Of a DNA stretch of 64,000 nucleotides, positions 60,379 through 64,000 are shown one piece after another. The notes under the pieces are model-generated. The model saw nothing but the letters and a program-made list of their open reading frames with translations. It did not search any database and had not been told where the DNA came from. The stretch comes from Takakia lepidozioides. Its lineage: Eukaryota; Plantae; Bryophyta. The position numbers were made by a program, and so were the translations under genes. How positions within the stretch are numbered: the first letter of the stretch is position 1; each line of letters opens with the position of its first letter. Location of the stretch: NCBI GenBank assembly GCA_030704615.1, contig CM060731.1, forward strand, positions 21,080,001 to 21,144,000, written 5' to 3'.

Positions 60379-60857
60379 CAGTGGTGGTCTGGTATATAGG
60401 ACTGGTATATATGCTAGTATATGCACTGGTATTAAATACCAGACCAAGTCTGCTATCACCAGTCTGGTATCTTTTGGGACAATACTTGGTCATATACCAG
60501 TCTGGGCTGGTTTCAGTTTTTTTACACCAGCCACAATACCCCGTCTTCCTCATTTACTCTGGTATATGTAATATACTAATTTATGTGTACATATGCCTAC
60601 ATACTTGTATTTATGTATATTTAGTTGTTTATGTGTACTTTATTCATCTTCACTTTTTTATTTTTTCCTTAAGGTCCGACTTGTAATTCAAACAGAATTG
60701 ATATCTCATACCAGCTGGTATTGTGGTCATGATACTCGTACTCATACTAGTATCTGAAAAAAAATACATGCACCATTATATAGACCAGACTGGTATGAAA
60801 GTTTTGTGATATGTCTAGTGTCTGGTATGTCCTAAACCTGATACCACAACAACACTG
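60379..60857. mobile_element. Non-autonomous TIR element (CAGTG...CACTG) with a 9-bp TSD
   Basis: aaaataacc at 60370-60378 and 60858-60866; imperfect 17-bp TIR (14/17); many ctggtat/ataccag subterminal motifs. Confidence 0.85.
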
Positions 60858-62102
60858 AAAATAACCTCTTTCACAATAACCTCGCCGTGAAGGAGAGCAT
60901 GGGACATGGACCAATTTTTTTAATCAATTAAAAAAAAAAACAAATGGTGAAATTTGTTTTGTTTTGTTTTTTGTTTTTGTTTTTGGTTTCTTGGGGGGGG
61001 GGGGGGGTGGGAATAGGGCAGCCTCGGCCCTGGTTACTTTATTTGAATTATTTGGAGGGAAAAAAATTAAAACCCTTGATGCCCGTAGGCTGCCATAAGG
61101 CTTACACACACGGCTAGTTATTACAGTTGTAGTCGCAGCCCTAACAACCATTTTCGCACGGCATGTACATACCATTCAGGGAAACCTTCAGCAGTTCCTC
61201 GCAACAACACAAACGCAAACAGAAGGAAATTACACATGATCAGATCTTTCTGTAATGAATGATAGTTTACTTGTTGGAAAAATATAGGCTGCTGCTCAAT
61301 GCTCCGCTACTTCTACTAGTCCGAGGCCTCCACAATCCAAGTTCGATTTCCACTCCAACTAAACTATGCGTTTTAGCAGGGCCTCCATAGTACTACTAGT
61401 TATCTCGATGTAATGTTGTGAGGCTCGCCGTCATAGCTCTCGAGCTTCGATCTCCAGCTCGTCTCTATGTCTACTCTAGTCACTTAGCTTGCTCGTAGCT
61501 TGCAGTTTACCCCATATATTACTCCCAGATTTGAGAATACTCTAGAAGCCCTTGCGGAACCAGCGACCTATTGGTCTTGCACGGCCATTCATCACGGTTA
61601 CTGTCATCTGTCCCAATTCAAGATTAAAGCAAATTCCAGTCCACTCGACTAGTGCGTTCGTCTAATTCCAGGGCTAAAGCAGGAATCCGATGTACATATT
61701 ATTTGTATGAAGCTGTATTTGCTGGGGCAGGCCTCCGAATCATCATCATGCACTCTGCAGGTGACGAGCAGGTCACAGGATCAGACTGAAGTCAATTTCA
61801 CGGGCCTTACTGTAAAACAGAAGTGGGCAGAGCTATGCGAATGTCGAATTTGGCAGACGTCTTGAAACACCACATCTTCCCAAGTATAATATTGTCCAGA
61901 AGATGGTTGTCTAATCGACAGAATTTTGCACACAGTTTGTTCTTGGTTCTACTGAGTAAATCTCTTCCTTCCGCAAAAAAGCAATCACGGTACTGTAAAA
62001 CTCCAACTAGCTTTCGGGTTAGAGTAGTACAACGCTCCAACTTCACCCACGATATTGGAACCCTATCGAACAGCATCTTTGTTCCCTGTACAATCTGGTT
62101 AC

Positions 62103-63958
62103 CTAGCGTGAGGGTCGAGGGTCTTTTCCAAATCCCATGAGAACGTGTGTGGCTAGCATATTGCCGCGGCGCCATGTCTCCACACCCCGCCCCACTAAAG
62201 GCACCCATACGGTCTTTCTGCTCCACAGTGGACGTTTATACCACCTGCCCCGCCAATGCAAGCCCCCAGAAGGTGCACCACAATATCTCAGCTCAATTTT
62301 GGCTTGGTAGGACTTTTAAGGCAGAATGTCGCCTGTAATTTACAACCTCAAATATAACATCTGTGCATTTGCTCATAATCGTCACTAGCCTGGTCTTACG
62401 GATACACTAAAGAACACAACTGTGCCAGCAATATTGCATTCCACATGTAGACACAAAAAATCAAGCTTACAGATCTTCATGATGCACAACTTTCCCGTCT
62501 TCGACCTGCATCGACATCAAGCCAACATCATGACGGGTCAAAAAGCGCAGAAGAACAAATCCTGAGGAGCTAGAGAGAGGAAGAGAGAAAACCTTTCGCA
62601 TAAAAAGCCACATGCAGAATAACATGTTCTTTTGTTACAATTCTTTCCCCTAAAGCCTATAATAAGCTTGCATAAACCAGGGATTGGAGCAGTGCCTGAC
62701 CTGCAATTTGATCAGGGACCTCATGTCAAATGCTGTCCCCAAGAACTTATATCGCTGCAAGTTATCTAGCCGGAGCTGCGCCATTGCAAGGATAAACAGT
62801 CAAATTTGATCAGAGTTTTAGCTCATAGACATGATTGATGAAAAGGTTAGACATCCAATACCCATGGTGACGGTCCCAATGGGAATTTTCCAGTCTAAAA
62901 CTTGCAAAGGCTCTTGATACTTCAACCCCTCTTCCTCTTCCCCTTCTTTAGAGTCAATCCAACCGCTGACAAAGTGCTAGTTCTGGACCTCTTGTTTTGG
63001 CTCTACGCTACCATTTGTTATGGTCGCACGTAGGAACGGGCAGAACTGGATACCGTTCACAGGGAAAGTCCTAAAATTAGGTCGTTGTGATTCATCATTT
63101 CTTCCGTAAACTAGTTCTAAACATCCCTAGGGAGTCTGCAGTTTTATGTACCTTGTCCACTCATCATACCTCTAAATAACCTCCTAGATAGGACAAAAGC
63201 ACATTACCTCGCCAGAGCCTGGGGTTGTTTCCTCCTCCTGAACTGTGTAGTCCACAATCTGAGATTCCTTGAAAACCTGCCAGGTACTCTCAGTCAGACT
63301 TTGAACAGGACGATAATTAAGCACCAGAATCGAGACCTAAAAAAACTCCTCTACTCCTCCTCGTCATCAATTGAGGATGTAAGATCCAATGCACTCTGGA
63401 CAGAAGGTAGAGTTTTTAAGTGCAGAATTGTAGTACTTACTAGATCTCTCAACTTGCTATCAGCTCGCTATCAGTTGGCCAACTGTTAAAAGAAAACAAG
63501 TGAGGTGCTCAGGATAGTCACCTTTGGAATGGCGTAAAATGCTGATTTTATTTGTTTCACACTGCAAGCAGCACCCGAGCAGCACACAGCGCGTCAAAAA
63601 AAGCAGTATTCATGTCTTTCTCTCTCCAACTGGTACGCTCTTAGATGAGCTTCTACCCCGCTTCTACTGGATGTTATACTCTTTCAGATTCTGTTCTCCT
63701 AGTCTTCCTTCAAACCCCTTCCATCTTCCGAAGTCCATGACCACACCGCTAATACCCCACAGTCCATCTCGAGCTATCCTCATGTCTAACGAAGAACAAC
63801 GTAATTGCCACTGAGGTAGAGAATCACCCGAAAATACTCTCCTTATCTACCAGAACTCATGGCAAGAGTGTTACCCGTGAGCCTGCATGAGAGGGTCCTC
63901 GAAGATTGCGTTCTGGGCATAAATCTCGTAGTCAAGCGCCGTTGCATTCGAGTTATAT
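62103..63958 (-). CDS. NTF2/SnoaL-like family protein, 3' part (5' end beyond the window)
   Basis: Exons 63958-63875, 63561-63522, 63276-63208, 62775-62701, 62505-62471, 62244-62103 splice in frame: DYEIYAQNAIFEDPLMQAHGVKQIKSAFY..LDNLQRYKFLG..GKVVHHEDLW..LATHVLMGFGKDP. Missed by the ORF track. Confidence 0.9.
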
Positions 63959-64000
63959 CTGCCATTAATTATCCGGCCAAGTTAAGATCAATGAACCAGG

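Noticed and set aside
59865-60686. 273-aa plus-strand ORF
   Set aside because: Runs through low-complexity sequence and a MITE; no coding signal.
61807-62226. 139-aa ORF or endogenous virus fragment
   Set aside because: It overlaps the last exon and 3' UTR of the NTF2-like gene in another frame.

Overview
Eukaryotic, intron-containing land-plant DNA, most likely a non-seed plant (inferred from gene and TE content; species not determinable). Bases ~1.5-35.5 kb form a nested transposon island: a split CRE-like non-LTR element contains an LTR element, which contains a CACTA transposon, which is interrupted by Ty3/gypsy fragments, one of whose LTRs carries an hAT-type MITE. Two TE families carry chromatin-modifier cargo. 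First, a Ty3/gypsy family encodes a DNMT3-like C5 cytosine methyltransferase inside its pol polyprotein (protease-DNMT-RT-RNaseH-integrase-PHD). The window holds three DNMT copies, one with every catalytic motif intact, and there are signs of purifying selection. Second, the CACTA element carries a SET-domain (lysine methyltransferase-like) gene next to its TnpD transposase; its two halves share a TGA target-site duplication but are inverted relative to each other. The flanks hold host genes: an equilibrative nucleoside transporter (partial), a DEAD-box helicase RH24/DDX42-like, a SAUR, a TrmA/RlmD RNA methyltransferase, a PPR-SMR protein, an intronless MAK-like kinase and an NTF2/SnoaL-like gene (partial). 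All calls come from manual motif reading; no searches were run and TE boundaries are approximate unless a TIR or TSD is quoted.
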